From contig JAUWKS010000034.1 of assembly GCA_030614005.1 (NCBI GenBank), forward strand, positions 2,532-34,531: a stretch of DNA of 32,000 nucleotides, given 5' to 3'. Origin of the DNA: Candidatus Heimdallarchaeota archaeon. GTDB lineage: Archaea > Asgardarchaeota > Heimdallarchaeia > JABLTI01. The notes below the pieces were generated by a model that made no database searches, was not told where the DNA came from, and saw only the letters and a list, made by a program, of their open reading frames with translations. A program made the translations under genes and the position numbers. This document shows positions 23,671 through 32,000 of the stretch, piece by piece; within the stretch, counting starts at the first letter, position 1; every line of letters begins with the position of its first letter.

Positions 23671-26415
23671 TTATCTTGTAGCTATTTTCTTCTTCCGAAC
23701 TAGTAAGGTAATAACTACTACGAGGATAATTCCTACTAATCCACCACCGATTATGACATAAGCCCACCAAGGTAAGCTAATACCAGATGTATCGATTTGA
23801 ATGTCAACTGTATCGCTCCAATCGCTAGCGAGATCATAATCATCTACAGCCCGTACTCGGAAGTAATACGTGCCATCCGTCAAATCTGTAACATTGTGCG
23901 ATAAACCTGTTACAATGAAGGTGTCAATAGGTGTAGCAAAATTTGTTTCATTAGCTACTTGTAACTCATAGTGATCGATACCAACATCATCTGTGCTAGT
24001 ATTCCAAGTTACTTCTACATTGCTGACTTCAATTAAAACACCAGGGTCATTAAGTAGAGGTGCAGTTGGTTGTTCATTGAAGAAATAATCAATAGATACT
24101 GCATATAAATGCACACTGCGATCTTCTGGACCTGCTATCACAGCTTTCCAGCGAAGGTCATTGCCTGGATTTGCGAAAACGTGTTCTAATCCTGGAGTGA
24201 CTACTTCCCAATTTGTGCCACCATCAGCAGACATAGAGAATTCAACTGCTGTTAATGTTGGGACATTGCCAACAAAGTCTAATGTTGCTCTGTAAATAAT
24301 ATCTTCTGTATTGTCAACCTCGAGGGATTGAGCTTCAGAGGTCCCAAGAACATAGGTGTCAGCAGCACTTTCAAAATGCCGAAGAATTACTAGGCTAGTT
24401 CTATTAGCTACATAAGTAAAATCACCACTTGTAGAAATTTGAGTAGCTAAGGTAGCATTTGGGCAATTACCTATTTTTTGGATGTCAGTAATGTCTGAAG
24501 TGTTGATCATAGTGACACCACTATTGTGATCAGCAACAAGCATGTAAGGACCAAAACCCCAAACACCAGATGGTTTGCTAGAAGTTGAAATATAATCACC
24601 AAAACCAGTGCTTGTTGGATCTGTTACATCCCAATGTTCGTAATATCCTAATTGATCTACTAAGAATAATGAATCACCATCTACATAGACATCGTAATGG
24701 TCAACATTTATTAAATCCCATTTATAGATTTCAACAGGAGTACTGATGTCGGTTATATCGTAGATTGCTAAACCAACATTAGCACCAGTCTTACCAACTA
24801 TATAGAGAAGAGGACCTTGAATCCATAATGCTGTAACGTTGGATGTGACAGTGAAAGAGCTATAAGGAGAAGGAATAACATATGGATTTGATATATTGTA
24901 AATGTAAACTCCTAGAGTCCCATCAGCTATAAATGCATAGTCACCAGAAACCATAACATCAGTTGCTTGACCAAGAACTCTGAAATTGGTTTGGAAAATA
25001 TTGGCAGGATCACTGATATCGTAAATTCGAAAAGCATTGCCGTAATCAGCAATATACGCGAAATTTCCTCGAACATCAAGCTTACGATAGAAAGGAGTCA
25101 CTCCTATAATGTCATTATCAAGTAAAATTGGATTGTTTGGATCTCTGACATTGAGAGTAATTAATCCATCACGTCCTCCAGCAATATAGGCTATATCACC
25201 AATGACTTTTACATCCCAAACTTCGTGATCATCATAAACATTGGAATAAAATGAATCATAATTTTTCAAAAATCCCACTTTATATGTGTAAATTCCATCA
25301 TTCGTAGCAATAACTAGATTTTCTCCATAGAGATCAACATCATAGGCATAAGGAATTGACGCAATTTCTGTAACAAACGCAATGTGGTTTGGATCAAATG
25401 TATCAAATACTTGTACACCACCATTACCATCAGCAACAAAGAGTGTTCTTCCTTGCTTGACCAGCCTTTGAGCATGACCGGGAGTATCATAAGTGCTGAT
25501 AATTGTTGGATTTGTTGGATCTCTTATATCGATAACATGAACTCCTGCTGAACCATCAGCTAAGTAAGCTAATCCTCCATCAACTATTACATCTGTAGCA
25601 TTACCAGGAGTATTAACATAACCTATTTCTACTGGTGAAAATTTGTTTGTAATATTTAACACATAAAATCCTTCAGTGCTGGCGGCAATATACGCAGAAT
25701 GCCCAACAATATCAAGACCTAATGAGAGATTGCACTCCCAGTTACATTTAGCTGGAAATGTTTCAAATCCTGCTGGATCTTCATCATATAATACTCTTAA
25801 CGAAGTATTATCCGCAACATTATATGATGTATAATAGATATATGCTCCTAAGGTCTCAATATCAGTTACGTAGTTATCCATTCCAAACCCAATTACCCAA
25901 TGAGGATTAGAAGGATCCTGTACATCATAAGCAATAATTCCATAATCTATTGATGCATCATCATATTGTCCTGCCCATAGTGCATCACCTTCAACAGCAA
26001 TTGCCTTAGTTTCATACCATGCAGAACTTTCCCCTAACAGACTAATGTCAGATGGATTACTTATTTCTACTATTGCGATTTGAGTAGAAGTACTACTATT
26101 ATACATTCCTAGATAAGCTTTCATACCCTGAACTTCTACATCAACAACTGGTGAAGAAGTATAGTAGTGATCCAAAAATTCCAAGGAAAAATTACGATTA
26201 TTCGTTACTATTCCTGTCCCCCAACCAAAAGCGCTAGATGCTCCATCTAGATAGGTTGTGGTCGTAAAATCTTCAACATATGAATCAGTACTTTGCGCAG
26301 TTAAATTTAAGTCATTATTATTCATTCCATTAAATGATGGAACGAAAAAAGTTGTTAATGAAAATAAACCTACTAACAACAAAGTAGCTATAAATTTCTT
26401 TTTAATTGAAACCAT
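23671..26415 (-). CDS. LVIVD-repeat cell-surface protein with a C-terminal FN3/Ig-like domain and membrane anchor
   Basis: Signal peptide; many LVIVD-type repeats (e.g. AYLADGSAGVHVIDIRDPTNP); YYFRVRAVD FN3-like end; TM followed by RKKK. Confidence 0.88.
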   Translation of the reverse strand: MVSIKKKFIATLLLVGLFSLTTFFVPSFNGMNNNDLNLTAQSTDSYVEDFTTTTYLDGASSAFGWGTGIVTNNRNFSLEFLDHYYTSSPVVDVEVQGMKAYLGMYNSSTSTQIAIVEISNPSDISLLGESSAWYETKAIAVEGDALWAGQYDDASIDYGIIAYDVQDPSNPHWVIGFGMDNYVTDIETLGAYIYYTSYNVADNTSLRVLYDEDPAGFETFPAKCNWECNLSLGLDIVGHSAYIAASTEGFYVLNITNKFSPVEIGYVNTPGNATDVIVDGGLAYLADGSAGVHVIDIRDPTNPTIISTYDTPGHAQRLVKQGRTLFVADGNGGVQVFDTFDPNHIAFVTEIASIPYAYDVDLYGENLVIATNDGIYTYKVGFLKNYDSFYSNVYDDHEVWDVKVIGDIAYIAGGRDGLITLNVRDPNNPILLDNDIIGVTPFYRKLDVRGNFAYIADYGNAFRIYDISDPANIFQTNFRVLGQATDVMVSGDYAFIADGTLGVYIYNISNPYVIPSPYSSFTVTSNVTALWIQGPLLYIVGKTGANVGLAIYDITDISTPVEIYKWDLINVDHYDVYVDGDSLFLVDQLGYYEHWDVTDPTSTGFGDYISTSSKPSGVWGFGPYMLVADHNSGVTMINTSDITDIQKIGNCPNATLATQISTSGDFTYVANRTSLVILRHFESAADTYVLGTSEAQSLEVDNTEDIIYRATLDFVGNVPTLTAVEFSMSADGGTNWEVVTPGLEHVFANPGNDLRWKAVIAGPEDRSVHLYAVSIDYFFNEQPTAPLLNDPGVLIEVSNVEVTWNTSTDDVGIDHYELQVANETNFATPIDTFIVTGLSHNVTDLTDGTYYFRVRAVDDYDLASDWSDTVDIQIDTSGISLPWWAYVIIGGGLVGIILVVVITLLVRKKKIATR

Positions 26416-26636
26416 TTTACACCCTCAAGTGAAATATAATATTAAATTATAAACAAATAATAAAAAAGTTTCTAAGAAAGAAAGCAACTAAATTTTTGGT
26501 TGATTTCTTCAAAAGATCATTATATTTTCATTTCTTGCTCTTTTCTTCCTTCTTTTTCACTCTTTTTAGATTTAATTCATGACTTTTGAGCCATAATTCA
26601 ATTTTAGCAACTATTTTCAATTAGTCAGTTCTTTTA

Positions 26637-27404
26637 TTATTCCTCAGTAATTGGTGCGCCACAATAAGGGCATGTAACTAAACTCTCTGGTGGTAATTTA
26701 ACTCTACAGAAAGGACACATATTCTTTTTTCTTCCAATTCTTGGTAGGGCTTCTCCAGTTTCACGAGCTTTTATAGCAACGGCTTTCTGTTTTCTAATAA
26801 CTACAAAAACAAAACCAATCCAAACAATTATTGCAATAATTCCTAATAGAACTGAGCCTCCCATTACAGCCCAAAGCCACCATAATGAATAAAGAATACT
26901 TATTCCTTGAAACTCAATATCTTTTTCGATGCTCGTACCTTGTTCTATTACTGTAACTGTTGCCAATCCACTTTCACCACTATTAACATAAACTCCGATA
27001 AAGAAGTCTCCATCATTTGGTGCAGTAAAGATAATGCTCTCAGGACCTACACCAGGTGTATCTTGTGCTACAAGTAAGCTCCTATTTGTAAAATCTGCTC
27101 TTTTGTAGATAGATAATGTGAAATCAAAATCATAATATGCAGGATTATAGGTTACTGAGAAAACGTACGTTACATCCACTTCAAGGTCTCTAACAACTAA
27201 TGCATCTAATTCTCCTTCTTCAGCATAAATATCATATTCTCCTCTAACTGGAGAAAGAATTGCAATAAATGAAGATGTTAGTAACACTAGAAAGAATATT
27301 ACCAATAACGATTTTTTTCTATTAATTATTTTAATGCTAATTTTAATACGCTCCAAAACTAAACTACGTTCACATCTCGACCTAAAATATATATTTTTTG
27401 TCAT
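26637..27404 (-). CDS. Single-pass membrane protein: extracellular PPC-like beta domain, TM helix, cytoplasmic zinc ribbon
   Basis: N-terminal hydrophobic segment; DFTLSIY...FTAPNDGDFFIGV; TM; CPFC-x11-CPYC. True start is probably downstream of 27404 (e.g. TTG 27356). Confidence 0.75.
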   Translation of the reverse strand: MTKNIYFRSRCERSLVLERIKISIKIINRKKSLLVIFFLVLLTSSFIAILSPVRGEYDIYAEEGELDALVVRDLEVDVTYVFSVTYNPAYYDFDFTLSIYKRADFTNRSLLVAQDTPGVGPESIIFTAPNDGDFFIGVYVNSGESGLATVTVIEQGTSIEKDIEFQGISILYSLWWLWAVMGGSVLLGIIAIIVWIGFVFVVIRKQKAVAIKARETGEALPRIGRKKNMCPFCRVKLPPESLVTCPYCGAPITEE

Positions 27405-27914
27405 TTACTTTTTGTAGTCAGGATGATTATCTAACCACGTAGATAAGTTTCTGAAAGTTTCTTCATTGCGTTTGTTAATGAATTTGTATAACTGATTTCC
27501 AAGTAAACGATAAAGTAAAGGTAATTTCTTTAGATTGAAACGTTCCTCAAAATGCACTCGAGTCTTCCCTCCTTCCAGAGGTTCTAAACGAATCAGACCA
27601 TTGGTATCTAACCCGGGTTTGAGGCTTAACATTGTGTATGTATAACCAACGTTTGGTTTAACATCTGTCACTAATTCTATAGAACACCGTGATCCCCATG
27701 GGAGCTTGTAATGTACCCTTCTAATTAGACCATTTCCGTTTTCATCTCCCGGGTAAAGAATTTCTATATCAATAACTATTGCTTCTGTGAATTCTTTCCA
27801 GATATCATAATCTTGCATAAGGGACCAAATTTTTTCTGGAGGATGAGGAATTTCTATAGAAAATACGTGTTCTTTTATCATCTTGTCCACAACTAGTTTA
27901 ATATAGTTGTACAA
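27405..27914 (-). CDS. SRPBCC (START/polyketide cyclase-like) family protein
   Basis: SIEIPHPPEKIWSLMQDY.. start; IRLEPLEGGKTRVHFEERF; C-terminal amphipathic helix. Confidence 0.85.
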   Translation of the reverse strand: MYNYIKLVVDKMIKEHVFSIEIPHPPEKIWSLMQDYDIWKEFTEAIVIDIEILYPGDENGNGLIRRVHYKLPWGSRCSIELVTDVKPNVGYTYTMLSLKPGLDTNGLIRLEPLEGGKTRVHFEERFNLKKLPLLYRLLGNQLYKFINKRNEETFRNLSTWLDNHPDYKK

Positions 27915-28048
27915 AGTAAAAAATGTTGCTAATTTTCAGAGACCTTTTCTCTCTATAATAAGTTTAGAACTATCTGTCACATGAATTTATATTTGTTGAA
28001 CATAACTAAATTTATTGCTTTGAATCAGTAGTGAGTATGAAAATAAAA

Positions 28049-28270
28049 TCAAGTCTCCCTTTTGCTTTTTAACGATTCATCTTCACTACCATCAGGTAGC
28101 ATCCAATCAGGATGCGATTTTCCTGCTTCTTCCATTTGAAATCTAGTACATTTTTCCCAATTTCCCTTACAATATTGTTCTATCCATTTTCTATCTAATC
28201 TCCCTATTTCATAATATCTTTTCATAGGGCAAACAACAAACCATTTGCAAGTATTTTCTTTTTCTTTCAC
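28049..28270 (-). CDS. Small conserved Cys-rich protein (C-x-W-x3-C-P...Y-C-x-G-x-W-x2-C-x-R...HPD-x-M-L-P-D-G); function unverified
   Basis: Four spaced Cys plus HPDWMLPDG. From memory, proteins with this pattern are often auto-annotated 'uracil-DNA glycosylase', but no UDG fold fits in 73 aa. Confidence 0.7.
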   Translation of the reverse strand: MKEKENTCKWFVVCPMKRYYEIGRLDRKWIEQYCKGNWEKCTRFQMEEAGKSHPDWMLPDGSEDESLKSKRET

Positions 28271-28289
28271 AGTCTCACAACTTCAAGGT

Positions 28290-29093
28290 TTATTCGGTTT
28301 GTTTTTGTTTCCGCATATAAGCGTCTCTTGCAGATCTAATAGTACTTAGTAGTTTTCTACGCATATATTCCGACATTTCCTTTTCGTTAATAACAGAATC
28401 ATACCAAGCAATCAATTCTTTTTCGATAACAATGTCTAGTAAATTTTCACATGCGCGTAATGGTGAAATATCTACCGATTCAAAATTATTATCTACGAGG
28501 TAGATACTCCGTAATTTCTTCAAAAAACTAAGAGGGCCTAAATCAATAGAGGTAAGCTTATTCTGACCAAGATCAATATGTTCTAGACTTTCACAAGCAA
28601 TAAGTGGTTCCAAATCAATATAAACAAGATCATTTTCTTCTATTTCAAGCCCACCTAACATCTTAAGATTGCGAAGAGGTTTAAGGCTAATCATGGTAAG
28701 ATTGTTTGTATGCAGCCTAAGCTTAACCAATTCTTTACAATTACTTAGAGGTTTAAGATGAACAGACATCAATTGATTATTACCTAAATCTAATTCCGTT
28801 AGTTGCTCACATTGGCTAAGAGGTGTTAGATCAATATCTTTTAACCGATTATATTCTAAACTTAGGATCTGTAGGTTCTTACAGCGTCTAAGGGGAATCA
28901 AATCAATTTCTTCGAGTAAATTACTAGATAAACGTAATCCCTTGAGATTCTTGCATTCACCTAATGGCGTTAAATCAATACGTGATAATTCTTCCCTACT
29001 TAGAGAAAGATATTCAATGTTTGGATCAATCTCCTGGGTGAATTTTTCCCCGCTTTCTAAAGTACCATGTAAAGTAAGAGTCACTATAACCAC
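28290..29093 (-). CDS. Leucine-rich repeat protein (24-aa LRRs)
   Basis: About eight repeats of the form L-x-x-L-x-L-x-x-N-x-L-x-x-I-D-L-x-P-L-x-x-C. Confidence 0.92.
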   Translation of the reverse strand: MVIVTLTLHGTLESGEKFTQEIDPNIEYLSLSREELSRIDLTPLGECKNLKGLRLSSNLLEEIDLIPLRRCKNLQILSLEYNRLKDIDLTPLSQCEQLTELDLGNNQLMSVHLKPLSNCKELVKLRLHTNNLTMISLKPLRNLKMLGGLEIEENDLVYIDLEPLIACESLEHIDLGQNKLTSIDLGPLSFLKKLRSIYLVDNNFESVDISPLRACENLLDIVIEKELIAWYDSVINEKEMSEYMRRKLLSTIRSARDAYMRKQKQTE

Positions 29094-29253
29094 GAGAAAA
29101 AGAGTAGTTATTACTATTTAATATATTTGATGGAAAAAATCTTTTTGGAAAAGGAAAATGGCAGGCGTGAGGGGATGTGTTCCAAAAAAAGCCACAGCTT
29201 CAATTGGTTGAACCAAAAGTGTCTTTTAAATCATTAAGTGAAAATAGTTATAC

Positions 29254-29775
29254 TTAAAAAAGCTCTATTAATTGGTTAATTATCAAGCTCATTCTATCAT
29301 TAGTATTTAACAATTGTTTATTTCCAGTTTTTATAACCATAGTAACGTGTTGAAATACAGGATGGTTACTTATACCAAGTTCACTCATTTTAACATAAAT
29401 CAAATTTGGGTGTTTTAGAATTTGCATGATTTCTTTTGTATAATCTAAAATTTCTGGTTTTAGTTTTATTAATAATTTCTTAATTTGTTTTGAATGAATA
29501 AAACTTTGATCTAATGAATTTACATTAATATTTGAAGAATTACTATTAGTATCAATTATTTGTATATTTTTTCTTTTAAAATATTCTAACTTTAATAACA
29601 GAATTGAAAAACATTTAGCTAAATTATTAGTATCACTGTAAATGAAATGTTGTGCTAATAGAAATAAAGTATCATCAATAGAATATTCCAATGTTCTATC
29701 TTCAATTGATTTTTCGATTGTATCACAAACTGATGAAATACATTGCTTCTGATTAAATGGAATACATATCTTCAT
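29254..29775 (-). CDS. Hypothetical protein, very AT-rich; start uncertain
   Basis: 173-aa ORF with no recognised motif; the frame stays open for 44 codons upstream of ATG 29775. Confidence 0.5.
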   Translation of the reverse strand: MKICIPFNQKQCISSVCDTIEKSIEDRTLEYSIDDTLFLLAQHFIYSDTNNLAKCFSILLLKLEYFKRKNIQIIDTNSNSSNINVNSLDQSFIHSKQIKKLLIKLKPEILDYTKEIMQILKHPNLIYVKMSELGISNHPVFQHVTMVIKTGNKQLLNTNDRMSLIINQLIELF

Positions 29776-30002
29776 AAATGCTATTGATTTTAGTTTAAAA
29801 AATGGAAAAATTGGATAACTGTCAATTAAACTTGAAACCTCTTTAATAATAAATTTGATAGTTTTCTCCTCTATTTTTAATACAAAAAAGGGTTGCCTAT
29901 CAGTCGGTTATATTTCTCTGAACAATTCTCGTATTGAGTAAATAGAATACGTTTAAATGCTCGAAAAGTCCAACTAATTTTAGTTTTATGGAGAGTTAAT
30001 TA

Positions 30003-32000
30003 TTGAGTAAAGTTTTCATATCTAACAAGCTAATGGTAATGATAATTTGTTTAACGATGTTATTACCAGTCCTTAATTTAGATTCAAGAAATTCGAATAA
30101 CACAATAGGTTATTTATCAGAACCAAATCTGGATGGATTAACACCAAAAGCTTTGGTACCACCCCCCTCACTACTAAGTCCAACAGATGGCAGTGCGCTT
30201 TCATCTACTAGTGTAACTCTAAACTGGCTAGCAGTGCCTACTGCGCTTGCTTATAATGTTCAAGTGGATACTTCATCAAGTTTCAGTAGTCCATTTGTGG
30301 ATAATACAGATTTTGATACAAATCATGCATTTACAGCACCTGGAGATGATGTATATTATTGGCGTGCAAGAGCAATGGATTTCAATGAAGAGTGGAGTAC
30401 TTGGAGTTCAACTTGGGATTTCACTGTTGATACCACACCTCCGGGCGCACCAAGTTTAGTTTCACCAGCAAACGGAGCGGAAACAAATGATCAAACACCA
30501 TATTTAGATTGGTCGGCTCCAACTGGTTCAGCGGTACAATATCATGTTCAGGTAGATGACAGTGTAGTTTTTTTCAGCTGTATTATAGACATTTTAACAT
30601 CAAATACTTATTATACATGCACCACAACTTTATCTGAAGGAAACTGGTATTGGCGTGTTTGTGCAAAAGATGCAGCAGGAAATTGGGGGTCATGGAGTGC
30701 AATTAGGAATTTTGAAGTTGATATCACACCTCCAGGCATACCAACTTTAGTTTCACCTACAAACGGTGATCACATAGTCGATAATACCACGTATTTTGAT
30801 TGGACTAGTGCTTCAGGGGCAAATTTCTATCAGATACAGATTGATACTACCTCTTCGTTCACTACACCGGTTAGAGATGACACAACAGCTAATACATATT
30901 ATACTTCAACAGCTTTGGCAGATAATCTATATTACTGGCATGTTCGTGCAGGAGATACAGCAGGAAATTGGGGCACCTATAGTTCTTATTGGACTGTTAC
31001 AGTAGATACAACTGCCCCAGGAGCTCCAACATTGGTTACTCCAACCAATAATGATGATATAAATGACCCAACACCCTATTTAGATTGGTCAACTGTATCT
31101 GGAGCAGTAGAATATGACTTATGTATCTCAAACATCGGATTTCTCTGTCCCACTTTATTATTGGTCTACAGCAAGTTCAAGTTACACCTGCACAACTTTA
31201 GATGAAGGAATCTATTACTGGCATGTAAGAGCTAAAGATATAGCTGGGAATATCGGTTCTTTTTCAACAACTTGGAAATTTACCGTTGATTTAACCCCAC
31301 CGGGTGAACCAGCATTATTATATCCAGCTAATGGTGCACTTGATAGTGATCCAACACCGTATCTTTCTTGGACATCAGTTGCTGATGCAGTGCAATATCA
31401 AGTACAGGTTGCATGGGAATCTAGTTTTACTATTATCGAATTTGATACCATTGTTGGAAATAACTTTCTTACTACCCCTACCTTACCAGAAGGACTTTAT
31501 TACTGGCAAGTCCGTGCACAAGATTCGGCAGGAAATTGGGGTGATTGGAGTAGTATGTTTCGTGTTTTTGAAATTGATACTACAGCACCAGAAATTACTG
31601 ATGTATTTTTTGAATCCTCTCCAACCGATTTAGAAGAAGTGTTTGTTTATTGCAATGTTACGGATAGCAATGATATCGATGTGGTTACTCTACACTATCG
31701 TGTTAATAGTGGAGAATGGACGATGATCACCATGATATGGGCTATTGACAATCAATATGATGTAAGTTTAGGAACATTTACTTATGCTGATTTCGTCGAA
31801 TTTTTCATCTCAGCTAATGATTCTTGTATCAATCCTAATATTGGCACTGAAGATAATGGAGGAGCATATTACAGCTTCACCGTTGTTTCAGGTGATGTCA
31901 CAGGACCAGCAATTTCCTCTATTGAACAAACTCCGGATCCAGCTAATGAACTAGAAACCATAACAATAAGTTGTGATGTCTCCGATACCAATGGCATTCA
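30003..32000 (+). pseudogene. Large secreted/surface protein with five tandem FN3/Ig-like repeats plus further Ig-like modules; frameshifted near 31120; 3'-truncated by the window edge
   Basis: Repeats of P-x-L-x-x-P-x-[DN]-G...W...Y-x-V-Q-V...Y-Y-W-x-V-x-A-x-D...F-x-V-D-x-T-x-P. Repeat 4 breaks at YDL and resumes in the +1 frame (YVSQTSDFSVP...DEGIYYWHVRAKDIAGN), which stays open to base 32000. Confidence 0.85.

Noticed and set aside
18938-26636. Variable region as a transposon, provirus or integrative element
   Set aside because: No transposase, integrase, terminal inverted repeats, target-site duplication or viral genes; the boundaries are host-gene fragments.
29159-29214. tRNA-3'-end-like string on the minus strand (GGTTCAA...ATCCCCTCACGCCTGCCA), a possible attachment-site remnant
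   Set aside because: The T-loop is interrupted by about 31 nt, the T-stem does not pair, no acceptor 5' strand (AGGCGTG) lies upstream, and there is no integrase. Kept only as an unexplained GC-rich patch between TTTTTGGAA/TTCCAAAAA inverted repeats.
1143-31633. Short alternative-frame and antisense ORFs in the track (e.g. 1143-1469, 1560-1766, 2003-2209, 3728-4021, 15049-15306, 19950-20195, 30247-30459, 31304-31633)
   Set aside because: They lie within well-supported genes, have no motifs and are typical shadow ORFs.
1-32000. CRISPR array, rRNA, tRNA, SECIS or known riboswitch
   Set aside because: No regularly spaced repeat-spacer pattern, no cloverleaf, no in-frame TGA selenoprotein candidate, and no consensus I recognise; Rfam/tRNAscan searches were not run.

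Overview
AT-rich archaeal chromosomal window. An Arf-like GTPase, DENN/longin-like proteins, a 24-aa LRR protein and several C-terminally anchored surface proteins point to an Asgard archaeon, most likely Heimdallarchaeia-like (inference). No rRNA, tRNA, CRISPR array, integrase or transposase was seen. Left to right: (1) end of a winged-helix regulator, then a tightly coupled 4-gene operon (299-3687) encoding a stand-alone 7TM protein, a DENN-like protein, an intact Arf-family GTPase and a longin-like domain fused to a degenerate pseudo-GTPase. This is the best candidate for an undescribed system: a membrane-coupled, eukaryote-like GTPase switch module. (2) A 4-gene minus-strand operon: GPH transporter, PaaK-like adenylating ligase, YghO/bacterial-ceramide-synthase-like tandem GNAT, MFS exporter. 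(3) M23 peptidase, APH/choline-kinase-like enzyme, flavodoxin. (4) Two unrelated secreted proteases (S8 subtilase, C14 caspase-like) preceded by the same ~140-nt promoter/leader (86% identical) containing a hairpin whose pairing is conserved. (5) SNF2 plus SWIM pair. (6) A mosaic variable locus (18821-26801) in which two different cargo cassettes are fused at a scar made of diverged 3' ends of the SWIM and zinc-ribbon genes; it includes hicB and an unannotated hicA that has lost its start codon. (7) SRPBCC, small Cys-rich, LRR and hypothetical genes. (8) A large FN3/Ig-repeat surface-protein gene frameshifted at about 31120 that runs off the window. Family assignments come from motif recognition by eye, not database searches.
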